Below are positions 36,850 through 48,771 of a stretch of DNA of 64,000 nucleotides, piece after piece. Both the position numbers and the translations under genes were made by a program. Under the pieces are notes generated by a model. That model ran no database searches and was not told the origin of the DNA. It was given only the letters and a program-made list of their open reading frames with translations. The stretch lies in contig MU058198.1 of NCBI GenBank assembly GCA_013265495.1, positions 1,252,419-1,316,418 of the forward strand. Direction: 5' to 3'. The DNA comes from Vicugna vicugna. Lineage: Eukaryota. Within the stretch, counting starts at the first letter, position 1; each line of letters begins with the position of its first letter.

Positions 36850-38106
36850 TAAAATGAAGCCACCGACTCTTTTCTTTTTCATGATGAGATAAAATAGACT
36901 ACCTCATCCTTCCTGTCTTTGTCTAGTAAAAGTCTTTAAGATACCCCGGTAGCACCCTAAACCAAGAAGTAATGATTGCCTAGTCCCTGTCACCCAGTAC
37001 AGAACGTGCATAACTTCCCTGGACAATCATTAACTCTAGAAGATCCACAGACTAATTAACTTTTGTTTGTGTTGATGGCATAAGTTGACCCTGGATTGCT
37101 GCAATTATCTGTAGATAGAAGGAGGAACATACCCTTAAAAATAACAGTCACCTCACTTACATTCAGTATCATTTCAACATCAGGTACAAGTTGTGAAATG
37201 GCAGAAGGGGTGATCATCCTATCACATGATAAAAAGTTTGAACTTTATCTGGAGAGTGAGGAACACAGTCAACAATGTTTTCCTAAATGATTACCTTGGT
37301 AGCTGAGTGTTAAATATATCAAAGGACAATTTGAGAAATGCTTCTTTCTTTGTGGAACTTGGTAACTTAGTGACTAAGGTGGATGGGGTAAAAAGGGAAA
37401 GGAAGCACACAGAAGGATGATTTTTTATTAGGTTTTTTAGATTTTTGACTAGGTTTTTGATGAGGTAAACTGGAGTAGGTGGTTATAAGACTTTCTGAGA
37501 ACAGGTTTGGAGGTGGGAACACTGAATTCAATTGTGGTCATGTTAATTTATCTATGTTACCTATGAAGTACTGTGGTTAGTATATATTTATAATCAGCTG
37601 GATATTTAAGTTTGAACTCAGGGGAGAAGTAAAGATTTTTAATGTGAATAGAAAATTAGAGAGAGAAAATGAGTGAGGTGAAAACGGAGTACAGAAGGAA
37701 CGAGAAGAACTGGTGGCTGAGTGGATGACTCCTTGAAGAGCAGCAACATTTACAGAGAAGAAAGAGGACGAGAACCTTATAATCAATATTGAAAAAGAAG
37801 ACTCAGAAAAGGCAGAGTGTGATAACAGAAAGTTGGAAGAGAGCAATGTAAGAGTTGATCAACATTGCTAAGAATGGCCAAGAGTCAGAACTAAAGAGGA
37901 TCCACTGCATTTGGCAGAAAGAATGCTCAAGGATTTTTGTTGTTGTTGTTTAAGTTTTGATGGAGTAACTAAGGGTAGAAAACTGATGGTTATGGGTTAT
38001 TAGTGAGGGATGCAAAGACCTAGAAACAGCTAATTTAGTCTATTCTTTTTAAATAAACATTAATTAAAAGGAGGAGGAATGAAAGAAAGGATGCAAAATC
38101 AAGAAA

Positions 38107-38672
38107 CATAGGGGAATAAAATTCATGACCCCAAAATGTGTAACTCTGGAATAAGGATTAATTTAGACTGATTATTTTTAAGAAACAGAAGCCTCAGAAG
38201 TTTTTCTTGTTATCTCCCCCTTCACTGCCTAAAATGATTTAGATAAAGGTCCTGTTCTCAGAAAAAGCTATCAGCAGAGACATCTGCAAAGAATATGGGC
38301 TAGTTGTGGTGTGGGAAGCCCAGCAGGGCCTAGACATCAGTATCCACTCTCTCTTATTGTCTCTGCCTGGCCCAGAGAATGGTTATTTACCAAACATTTG
38401 CTTTTCCATCTCCATGTGAATTGTCTTCCTTCTCTTCTGAAGACCCAAACCCCCACCCTCAACATTTTCTTTTGTTGTTGGCTGAAGAAGGCATTTAAGG
38501 TGAGGGCTTTGGCCATTTTGGAGGTAAAATCAGTTTTCCTGGGTCTCTCCCATTTATATGTTTTATTAAACTTTTATTTGATTTTCTCCTGTTAATCTAT
38601 CTCATGTCAATTTAATTCTTAGATAAGCCAGAAGAACCTAGAAGTATAGAAGGTAATTTTTCCTCCCTCACA
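38107..38672 (+). mobile_element. ERV1 solo LTR (MER34-like)
   Basis: ccccaaaatgtg...attatttttaagaaacagaa...gaagaacctagaag...tttttcctccctcaca; same family as 31076-31637. Confidence 0.72.
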
Positions 38673-38730
38673 GAAGCAACTTTTGAAGAAGGAAGGGACT
38701 TGAACAGTGTGACAAACATTATGTCTCTCC

Positions 38731-39115
38731 TGTTATAGATGGAAATGTACCCTCCCCCCAAACTTCCTATGTTGAATTCCTAACCCCTACTACCTCAGAC
38801 TGTGACTGTACTTGGAGATAGGGCTTTTAAAGGAGCAATTAAATTAAAATGAGGCCATTAAGGTGGGACCTAATCCAATCTGACTGGTGTCCCTATAAGA
38901 AGAGGAGATTAGGATACACAGAAAACATCAGGGGTACAAGCACAGAGGGACAACCATATGAAGAGCAAGAGGATGGACATGGACAAGCCAAGAGGAAACC
39001 ACCTCTGCTAGCACTTTGATCTTGGCCTTCTAGCCTCCAGCACTGTGGGAAAATAAATTTGTTTTTTTAAGACACCTGGTGTGTGTCATTTTGTTATAGC
39101 AGCCCTAGCAGACAA
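38731..39115 (+). mobile_element. MaLR solo LTR (MLT1B/C-like)
   Basis: tgtgactgtacttggagatagggc...ctaatccaatctgactggtgtccctataagaagagg...tttgttatagcagccctagcagac. Confidence 0.78.
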
Positions 39116-39981
39116 TGGCCATTCTCCATCACCTCTATACCACCTTGTTCATTGATTCCCACCCCACCACCCCATCACCGATTTTGTTAAGAAACAGAGT
39201 GAGCTAACCACTGGACATAAATTATGACTGAGTTAAGCCAGTCTTTTTCAAGTTCTCTTCAATTAAGGCAATTGGAAAGTTTCAGTTTGCTACTTTTACA
39301 TCTACCAGTTTTTTGTGGTAGAATATATTTGTTATTCAGCAAATATTCACTCTCTACTCACCCCAGCTCACCCCCGACCCCAGGGAGGAATATAGCTCTC
39401 TGCTCCACGAGGTTGAACTTTGGCCAGTGGAATGCTAGTGTGCATGATGGAAGCAGAGATTTTAAATGTGTTTGCACAATTTGACTTGATTTTTGGTGCT
39501 TCAGCCATCCACTATGAGAAGAAGATGTCCTGGAGAGTCACTGGTCTCAGACTTGTGAGAGAGAAATAAATGTGTATTGGTGTAAGCCACTGAGATTTGA
39601 GAGCTGTTTTTATGCAATAGAATCATAGCAATAAATAGCTGATGAAACCTATATTTTTGTTTTTAACAAAAAGTGAATGAGACTAGTCGCAAAAATTGAG
39701 AGGCAACTATGTCCAAATGGAATTTAATAACAATGACTATTTTTGCTTTCATTGTATTCATTTTTAATTTCCTCCATTGTGGCAAGTAAAATAATTTTTT
39801 ACTTCTGGTAGTGGTACAGAGTTTCATTTGGGTTAGTATTTTTTTTGTTTTTTATTTAATTTTAAGGAAATAAATATAAAAGGAAATATTGAGTAAGTAA
39901 GAATAGAGGTAATTGGGCATGGTTATAGCAAAAAGAAAAAAGATATAAAGAAAGAGAAAGAGCGAAAGAGCAAAAGAGTGA

Positions 39982-40084
39982 AAGGAAGGAAGGAAGGAAG
40001 GAAGGAAGGAAGGAAGGAAGGAAGGAAGGAAGGAAGGAAGGAAGAAAGGGAGAAAGGAAGGAAAGGAAGGAAGGAAGGAAGGAA
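39982..40084. repeat. (GGAA)n microsatellite
   Basis: Direct reading; a smaller GGAA/GGAG tract is at about 16995-17050. Confidence 0.92.
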
Positions 40085-41823
40085 AGATGCAACATGGATG
40101 ACTGAAGTTTGAGAAACATTAGCATAAGAATGGGGCAAGCTTACAGAGGAGAAGGGAAGGGATGAGGCCAAAATGAAAATCCGAAAGAAAAGACAAGTAG
40201 TGTCATCTTTCCTGAAAAGAAGTAGCCAAGGATCTGTGTGGAAAGCAGCTAACGTAGAGTTGAAGGTATGAGCTTGAGTTCTGTTACTACAGAGGATGCC
40301 CTGCTCACTTTAGTCCTCAGTTTCTCATCTGAGAAATGGGAGTGACCCAACATCTCCACGGGGATGCAGTAGACATTCATGGATATCATGCCAGTGGAAG
40401 GACCTCACAGGGTTCAGGGGAACACCTAAGAAGAGGTTCAAGTTTTAGAGATGTGAGAGTGAGGAACTGAAGTGGGGGCCAAGAGAGTGAATGTGCTCCC
40501 AGCCAGACTGGGCACAGCAAACCAGCTGTGTGAACTCTGATCAGAAGTAACATCTTCTTTAATTTAACTACCCTTAACTAAACTTTCAGTCGACCGAGAG
40601 AGCCAGTCTGCCCACAGATGGAGAAACAGAGGGGAGGAGTAAGCAGGGTGGGATCATTTGCTCAGAAGAGCAGGAGTACTTACAGAATCTAAGATCCAGC
40701 TTTTTGGTAGAGTCATGACTTTTTTTGTTGTTTTTTTTTTTTCTCCACCCACTCATGGGTACCATTCCATTGCCCACATCTCTCCAAGGCCTGGGAACCC
40801 TGAAAAGAAGAGGGTCCTGGGATAAGAGAAACAGAGACCCCTGGGGCTTTGAGCTGGATAGGGAGCCTCTCCCACAATTGGTTTGGAAGGTCCAGATGTC
40901 CCAGGAAGCCCCACAGAGGGTGTGACAGAATGGATATCTGAAACCCGCAATACAGAAAGGGCCCTACAGAGAGTCAGGCTCTCCGCCATAACTTGATATT
41001 ACTAGCTCCCCACGTGGTGTCCAGGACTATTGAGTCAGAGGAAGAGATTATAGAGAATTCGTATCAGCTCTTAAATGCCTTAAGCCAGAAGTGACATGTG
41101 TCACTTCCACCTGGAGTGCATTGTCCAAAATTGGAATTCAATAGCTTCCCCTAACTCCAGAAGAAGCTTGGAAATGAGAGAGACATGCAAGTGGAATCTT
41201 CAGAGAATTCTACTGTATGCCATACACCCATTGTTAGGGTGAGAAAACTGAGGCACAAAGGGATAAGAGAACTGCTCAGTGTCATGGACCTGGTAACTGG
41301 TAAAGGCCAGGCTGAAACCCAGGCTGCTGGCCCCAGCGCCTGTCTTCCGGACCGGAACACTGGTGTTAGTTCCACACGAGAGATTTCTTGAGATCCAGAG
41401 ACTGTCTCATGCACTGTTCCTCCTGTTCCCATTATCTTCTCAAAGGTGACTGCCTCTTCTGTTTGACTAACAGGGTTTCTTGTACTTTATAATCTTTAGC
41501 TTACTGTAGCCAGTCAACTTGCCCTGCCTTCTTACTTGCTCCTCTCCGTAACAGGAGTCTAACCTGAGCTGAAATTTCATCATGAACACATCGGCCAGGA
41601 GGAGCAAGACCCACATCTCGGAAGTCAGGCTTGCCCCTCAGCCCTGGCAGGGGTGTTCTAGTAGTCTCCAGCGATCTTTCATGGTGGCTTTGAGCAGAGG
41701 TATTTTTCTCCCTGGTTCAATGGAGGTTGAGAGGGAAAAGGTGATGGGAAAGTTGGACCAGGATACTGGAGATCCCCCACCTCCTAACCACACCCCAAAT
41801 TGTCTCTAGACATTTTGTTAGAA

Positions 41824-41880
41824 ATACTGTCTATGAAACACTTGGGCTAGGTCTTGGACTGGGACTTTGCACGTTCAGTT
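41824..41880 (-). repeat. 57-bp perfect inverted copy of 42820-42876
   Basis: Base-by-base reverse complement matches 57/57. Confidence 0.95.
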
Positions 41881-42819
41881 GTTAGACAACTAACAAATAG
41901 TTGTTAGAAAACTAACAAGCCACTACCTGTGACATTCCAGGCTTACCTAATGTAGCATCAATCCAGAGTCTACATGCCTGAGCCAGGTGCTTTGCAGACT
42001 GTACATCCTACAGAGCTTTCAAAGATCACATGGAACCAATCTTATTAACAACCACCCACTCCTCCATTTTTCGGATGACAATATCAAAATTAGAAGAGGT
42101 AAATGGCTTGCCACGGGCCACCTTGTAAGTGGCTGTGCCAGGATTCAAGCTCCAGACTTTGGGATTCCAAAGACCGTGCATTGTTCGAGTACACCAAACT
42201 GTTTCTCTTAAAATCCTGAGTTAATAAAACAGCGCACGTGGATTATGTTTGCATTGTGCTATGTACTTTTCATGTATTATTTCATCTAACAGTAATAAAG
42301 ACAGCAACAAAGAACTACCGCCGGAGACAGGTGTCACTGTTATCACTCCCATCTCACAGAGAAGGAAACTGAAGACTAGAAACAGGAGGTCCATGAAGGT
42401 CAAAAAGATGTAATGGCAGACCTGAGGCTTAAGCCCAAAACTCCCCACCCCCACAGCACAGGCTGTAATGACTAGCCAACACTGGCACTTGGCTGTCATT
42501 CAAATGAAAATATTGGACGTACTGGACTGGGGAGGAGGAGCAGGTTAGCCTCAGAGAACTTGCAAAAGTGCTCCATTTGGCTTAATTTATTCATTCACAC
42601 TGCAAGGCATGCCCACAAGAATCGGAGAGTACTTTATAGTTTGTTTTTCGAACTGATTTTTTCTCTCCATGGGAGCTTGTGATTGCTTTCTGCCCTTTTC
42701 TATGTGAGTATCTCCTCCCCCTTTGAATGATTCAATTCCTGCCAGGTTCTCCACCCCCAGCGGTGGCCAGGAACTAAGTCCTGTTATGTGAACACTCCTG
42801 GGAACTTCTGATCAGAGAG

Positions 42820-42885
42820 AACTGAACGTGCAAAGTCCCAGTCCAAGACCTAGCCCAAGTGTTTCATAGACAGTATCAGGTAAGA
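42820..42885 (+). promoter_or_regulatory. Candidate ACSM1 regulatory element or upstream exon end: HNF4-like CGTGCAAAGTCCC followed by strong donor CAG|GTAAGA (42879/42880)
   Basis: CAAAGTCC core fits the HNF4A motif and ACSM genes are liver/kidney expressed; no transcript evidence available. Confidence 0.35.
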
Positions 42886-43184
42886 CAAAGGTGAATGACA
42901 CCTTATTTGGGAGGGAATGTGTGTGTGTGTGTGTGTGTGTATCTGTCACAGGGCAGCAAAGTGTATACAGAGCCTTGAACTTAAAATCTGAAGGCCCAAT
43001 TTCAAATTCTGGCAATGCCACTTACAGACCTTGGGCACGTCTGTTAACTTCTCTGACAGTTCATTTCCTTTACTGCAAAATGAGAATGATGGTACTGAGT
43101 GAGAGGGATTGATGCGAACATAAATGTCATATGCCTAGCACCATGGCTGGCTCATAGGTGATCGACTGAATGTTAGACAGCTCA

Positions 43185-43344
43185 CCAAGTGTGGTGAGAT
43201 GCATTCCAGTTAAACTCACAGTCTCGTTAGTTGAAGAATTCAGAGCAATGTCAACTTGCTACCCCGTGATTAGAACTTAACACTTGATCACAATTACCTG
43301 AGTGTGTACCAGATACTTTTACCTGCTATCTGGTTTCTTAAATG
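43185..43344 (-). repeat. 160-bp inverted copy of 46401-46560
   Basis: Ungapped reverse-complement alignment, 153/160 identical. Confidence 0.95.
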
Positions 43345-44235
43345 TGGTGAGCTGTGCAAGGAGGGTGCTAAGGGGAATAAAAAAGACCCAGAAGATCAAC
43401 ACTGGAAAGAAAACTCCACTCTGCAGAAGTTTGTTCACATTATACAAAAAAAAAAAGTTTTTAATTATCTAATTTGGGGGTTGGCTTCAGAATTTGCTGG
43501 GAGCTAGAGAGCACCTCAACATGTTATTGAGCCCTTATTGTAAAAGTGTCATGTAGATTATCTCACTAATCTTTGTGGAAGCCAGATAGCAGGCATTATG
43601 ACTGTGCCCCCCAAGGTCAGAGGCGTAAATGGTGGCCAGGACCTCTTAGCTGGTAGACAGTGGAGTCGAACCTGGCTCTGTAACACTAGGACCCCCTATA
43701 ACACACTAAGTATGTTGCCTCAGAAGATAAATAGCTTTTCCAGTCCGAATGCTTGTTTGCAGGACCTCTTGGCACTGTGTACCAGTCATGTGGGATTGGG
43801 TCCATCTAATGCCTTCATTTTAACTTAATTACCTCATTAAAGATTCTGTCTCCAAACAGAGTCGCATTTTGGGGTGCTGAAGGTTGGGATTTCAACACAT
43901 GAAATTTGAGGGGACACCATTCAGCCCACAGCAAAGGATTCGCTTCCTCATTATTACTCTTCCTTTCGTTTTGGCTTTTAGCCACTTATTAAAGTGTTGT
44001 GTACGCTCTCCTTGAGTATTTTAAGGAAGATCCTGAGGTTACTTACATGCCTTTGTATAAAAAGAGCAACTGATATTCTTGCTCTAACTCAGCTCATGCC
44101 TGTGGAGGGAGGTATGTGTTGGGAAAAAATAGCAGAGAAGGCAGGCTTTTAGAACCAATTCTGCTACTAAGTTTGTCTTGCAACCTAGGGGAAATTCCTG
44201 TCCCTCTTGGGATGTTGGCCAAATCAAGATTTTTA

Positions 44236-44268
44236 TTTTATTTTATTTTTTTATTTTTTTTTTTTATT
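44236..44268 (-). mobile_element. Poly(A)-only retroinsertion (AATAAA plus A tail) with 15-16 bp TSD
   Basis: caaatcaagattttta at 44220-44235 and 44269-44284 flanks a T-rich tract; minus-strand target reads TTT/AAAAA. Confidence 0.8.
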
Positions 44269-45989
44269 CAAATCAAGATTTTTAAAGTCAAAGATCCCCA
44301 AGGATTGGACAGGTACAGTAAATGGAGAAGCAGGTGGGTGTGACAAAATGAGAAGTGGCAGAAACTATGTCAAATTAGAGAACCTTCCATGTAAATTGAG
44401 CAGACAGTTCTCAGCTCCAGTCAGTTGGTACCAAGTTGAAATGAAACCCCAATGTTGCTGGACCTTCTAAGCTTTCAGGAGAACTCTTCAAGGCTTTTAA
44501 ATAAAATCTCCTAAATTTTAAATGTTGGCAATTCAAAATTTTTCCTCCAAAGACTGAGGGCTAAAGGTAGTATGTCTGAAGACCAGGTTATGGGCCAGCT
44601 AATATCTTAGGATCTTTCTTCCTTCAAGTGCTCTGATAAAACAAAAGACAGTACTGTTGACTGACAGGCACTGAAATGGAAGGGGGCATACTTTAGTTCA
44701 CGTGGCCCAAGGATCCACACTGTCAAGCAGGGACGAAACTAAGGGATGAAACTTTCACATACCTCTCCTCTTTTCTGCAGACAGACAATAGCAGTGTTCT
44801 GAGGACAGCAACAAAATTAACTGGCATTAGGTTACTATGGGTCTAAACAAGTTGAAAATAAATTGAGTCAAGTTTTACCAATCTATTCTACAGGTCTGTT
44901 GTCAGGCAGTATCATCTTACTGCTGAAACTGAGGAGGAGGGAGCTTAATTGTTTACCATGATAAAGTGCTTGAACCTCAAGACTATTTCTGACGTGGCTT
45001 TCTTCCAATTTTCGCAATCAAACTTTAAGAAGGGCCCTAATACATGAGAGTTTCACTCCCAGGTAGAAGCATTTGTTGGGATCTGGAGTGACAAGTTTTA
45101 CTTCATGGGTCAAGTGATAGATCGGTAATCGTTGCCTGGAATGCTGTCCTGGGAAAGACCCTGGTGTCAGACCCCAATCCAGTAGGGAAGTCGCTGTGAT
45201 ATTAGCCTCATCTGTCCTGAGTATGGTTGGGCATATTTGTCAATATTCTTATAGCCCCAAGTGACGGGACCCCAGTCTCAGGCAGGAAAAATTGCTGGCT
45301 CATCGAATTCAGTTCAGGATATTAACAAGAGAAGTGAAGAGGGGCCTCAGGAATAGTATGAACCAGCAAACTGAATGCCTCTGAGATACTCTCTGCTCCT
45401 TATTTCTATGAAAATTTTACACAAACATTTTGGAGAGGGATTATGACTCGCCCAGTTTGGATTTTAAAAAATCTTGGGAAATGACTGCTTGACTCTGGAC
45501 CAATCAACTTTGGACAGGTGGTGGAATCATTTAAAAACTTGACAGTTTCCATGAGAACCACATATTTGGGTTCAGTGGGAAGAGAGACCTCCAGAGCAAG
45601 GGTAGTATGAGATACAGGACTTTCAAAATGGTGAGTTTCTACCAAAATGAGGGCTACATGGCTGCCATCCCGGGGGGTGAGGGAGAACAAGAAGACCCTC
45701 AGGGATGCGTGCCAACCTTATCTAGTAGCTACAGCCCTGCCCCATCATTTTTTTTTTTGCCTTGTGATTCCTCAGTTGAGAAGAGAAATCCCACCTAAAT
45801 CAGTAAGTTGTGCCTTCCAAATTCCAATGAGCTCAAACAAAGCCATCACTCTAGCAATTAACCAGGAATATGCCTTCATTTTGCAGAGGAAACTCCTGCT
45901 CCAGCGATCAACCTATTTGCCATCTCTTCCCAAGGCAGGTGGTGAGCTGAGAATTCTGTGCCTGCTTCCTGAGGACTGCTCCACCCACC

Positions 45990-46181
45990 ATGCAATGGCT
46001 AATGAACTTCCGAGTCCTCCGGGGCATCCTCAAATCCTTCCATGGCTTCCACCCTGCCCCTCAGCGCCTGTGCAGACGGTTTTTATCAGGACCTGGAGAC
46101 CCCAGCTGGAATGACTACGTTAGACCCAAGGAATTTAATTTTGCAAGTGATGTAGTAGATTACTGGGCTCAAATGGAAATG
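45990..46181 (+). CDS. ACSM1: ACSM1 coding exon 1 (acceptor probably caaggcag| ending 45938)
   Basis: MQWLMNFR...[16 protein letters not shown]; donor ATG|gtaagg; 192 nt. Confidence 0.94.
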
Positions 46182-48726
46182 GTAAGGAGGCACCCTTGAT
46201 GGGGGTGGTGAGAACAGGATTTGCTTCACTGGTCTTATCTTGCCCCTTAGAAGACTCAGGGGCACCGAACCAAGAACAGCTTCTGACTGAGCTTGTAAGT
46301 GCCCTGAGAAAAGCTTATGTTTGGGGGTTCAATTCCCAGCTTGGACATTTCCTCAATTCTCTGAGCCCCAGTGGTTTTACCTGTGAAATGGAGATAATTT
46401 CATTTAAGAAACAAGATAGCAGGTGAAAGTATCTGGTACACAGTCAGGTAATTGTGATCAAGTGTTAAGTTCTAATCACAGGGTAGCAAGTTGACGTTGA
46501 TCTGAATTCTTCAACTAACAAGACTGTGAGTTTAACTGGAATGCATCTCACCACACTTGGACTTGACTTCAGGATACATCCACAGGGAGGGGACTCCTGA
46601 TTGTGCACGTGAACACCTGACACATAACTAAGTCATATCATCTGTCTTCCTATGAGGATAGCAAGTGCAGCTGTGGTGCTCCCCATCAGATACAACCATG
46701 AGCGTGGCTTCAGGGTGTGTCCAGGGAATCCAGTCTCTGTGGTCTCTGCTGAAAGACACACATGCTTGGTTTGTCTTTTCCCAAGAGACAGACCACGAGA
46801 GAAGTGGTGACACTAGGATTTGGGATGGACAATGGGTGGTGTTCCAGCTACTAAATTCCAGCAGGTGATGTTCACATCGTGAAAACTCACTCAATGCTGT
46901 CTTTGTACAGAAGACTGAATTCACCTGAGGTGGAGGCAGAGAGTTGATGTATTTTTAATTTCCCATAAACAAACGTTCGTAGGTTAGCATTCGAAGCTTA
47001 TGTGCCTTTCACAGGGACTTCTTCCCTACCTCCTTCTTTTTCCTTTTTCTGAATTTTCATGGTAACTCCAGGGAAAATAGAGCCCTCAGTTAGGAAGAGC
47101 ATTTTTTAATGTGCCATGTTGAGAGCTTTGCATTTAATATTCTGATTAGATGGGCACATTTATTATCCTCACTTTCTAAATGGGGAACCTGAGGTTCCAA
47201 ATGTTCAAAGAACCTACAGAATAAGCCAAACAAGTGAAGAAGCAGGATTTAGGTCCAGGCTGTTGGGTTCTATGATCCTCTGCCTAATCTGGCCTCACAA
47301 TCTGATCATGTCAAAACATTTCTGCCTTCAGACTATAAACTGACTTTCATCACTGCCCATCCCAAAAGTCTGGTTAAGACCTTTTGAATCACAAGGTGGG
47401 CCAGAGAGGGAGGACACAGAGAAGGCGAAGCGATGCCATCACTTTTCTCTGCATTTATCTTCATAAAAAGTCCTACACATAAACCCATGGAGATAATAAC
47501 CGAGTGAACATTTGCCCAGAGAATCCCCCATCTTTGTTAGGTTTTATATCACCTTTTTTTAGTCATTGTCAGTTCCTCCATATCTTCACATTTTTCGTAT
47601 CCCCAGCATCCCCATCTCATTAATGTTCATTCTCACAACACTTCTGACCTGTCTGCTTCTACTTTTCCAATTGTCTTAATGAAGATCAGTGTCTCTCGAG
47701 TGACGTGTGGGCCTGACACTTAGCTGTCCCTTAGTACACTTTTGTGTCATTAATTAATTTTGAAACTTACCTTGTAAGCACAAAAGACCTTCCAGAGGGC
47801 ATGAGTGCTCTCCAGATACCAGAGTCCATGCCGGCTTCCTGTGTGACCCCTTACAACTTAACAAACATCACTGATCCATAGCCTAATGAACAACACAACC
47901 CAGATCATAACAAATTACATAATTTATTTTGACTCCATTTTCAACGCATTACACTTGTAAAACCTTTAAGTTAGAAATCTAACAGTTTACTGTGATTTTT
48001 TTTAAGTGTAAGACAGCCAACACAGGTCCAAGGGTGGAATAGAGTCACTTATTCAGGCCACCAATTTATAACCCCTGACTGTCCTTGGAAATTAAACCTT
48101 ATATCAATTTCTAAGGCCCCTAGGCTCCTAGAATATTACACGTCAGTTGATTCCTGGAGTAGCCTCCCACATCTATTCATGAGAAGTCACATTCATGTCC
48201 AAAATCATTCATTCTGTCTCTTTGATACTTCATTCATTCATTCAGTTAAGATTCAGTGAATACCTAACATGCGCCAAAGCATTGTTCTAGAAAATAGGGG
48301 TAAAAAAGTAAACAACATACAATTCTTCATTTTTCCTCTTTGGACAGTGTGATTCTCCACTTCATGTCCCAGGATAGGTAAGCACAGCATTAAGTGATAT
48401 TAACTTCTGTTTGTTTCGGCAAAAGTCATGACAGAAGCAAATTTGTCCTACCAATGTTGATGCAATTTAGTATTAAAATATTGCTCAATCAGTGTAAATA
48501 TCTACAAACCACAAAGCTTAAGAAAAGCAACAGCTCAATGTCATTGCCACATAACGTCTGGCTCTTTGCTCTATAATATTTCCCAAAAGAAATTGATTTA
48601 TATGCTGACAAACTTTCTAAATTTCTTAATATGCAATAGTCATGTCTGTCTAGATTTTTTTCTGGGCCAGTGGGTCTGTGTTTTGTGGTTCTTGAATTTA
48701 AATCAATCTATCTGTCTGTCTATCTG

Positions 48727-48771
<45 letters not shown>

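Noticed and set aside
40534..40547. 14-bp inverted match to 42804-42817
   Set aside because: Short, built on a palindromic core (ctgatcag), without junction repeats; plausible by chance.
45647..46114. 155-aa ORF overlapping the ACSM1 first coding exon in another frame
   Set aside because: It starts upstream of the splice acceptor and has no recognisable motif.
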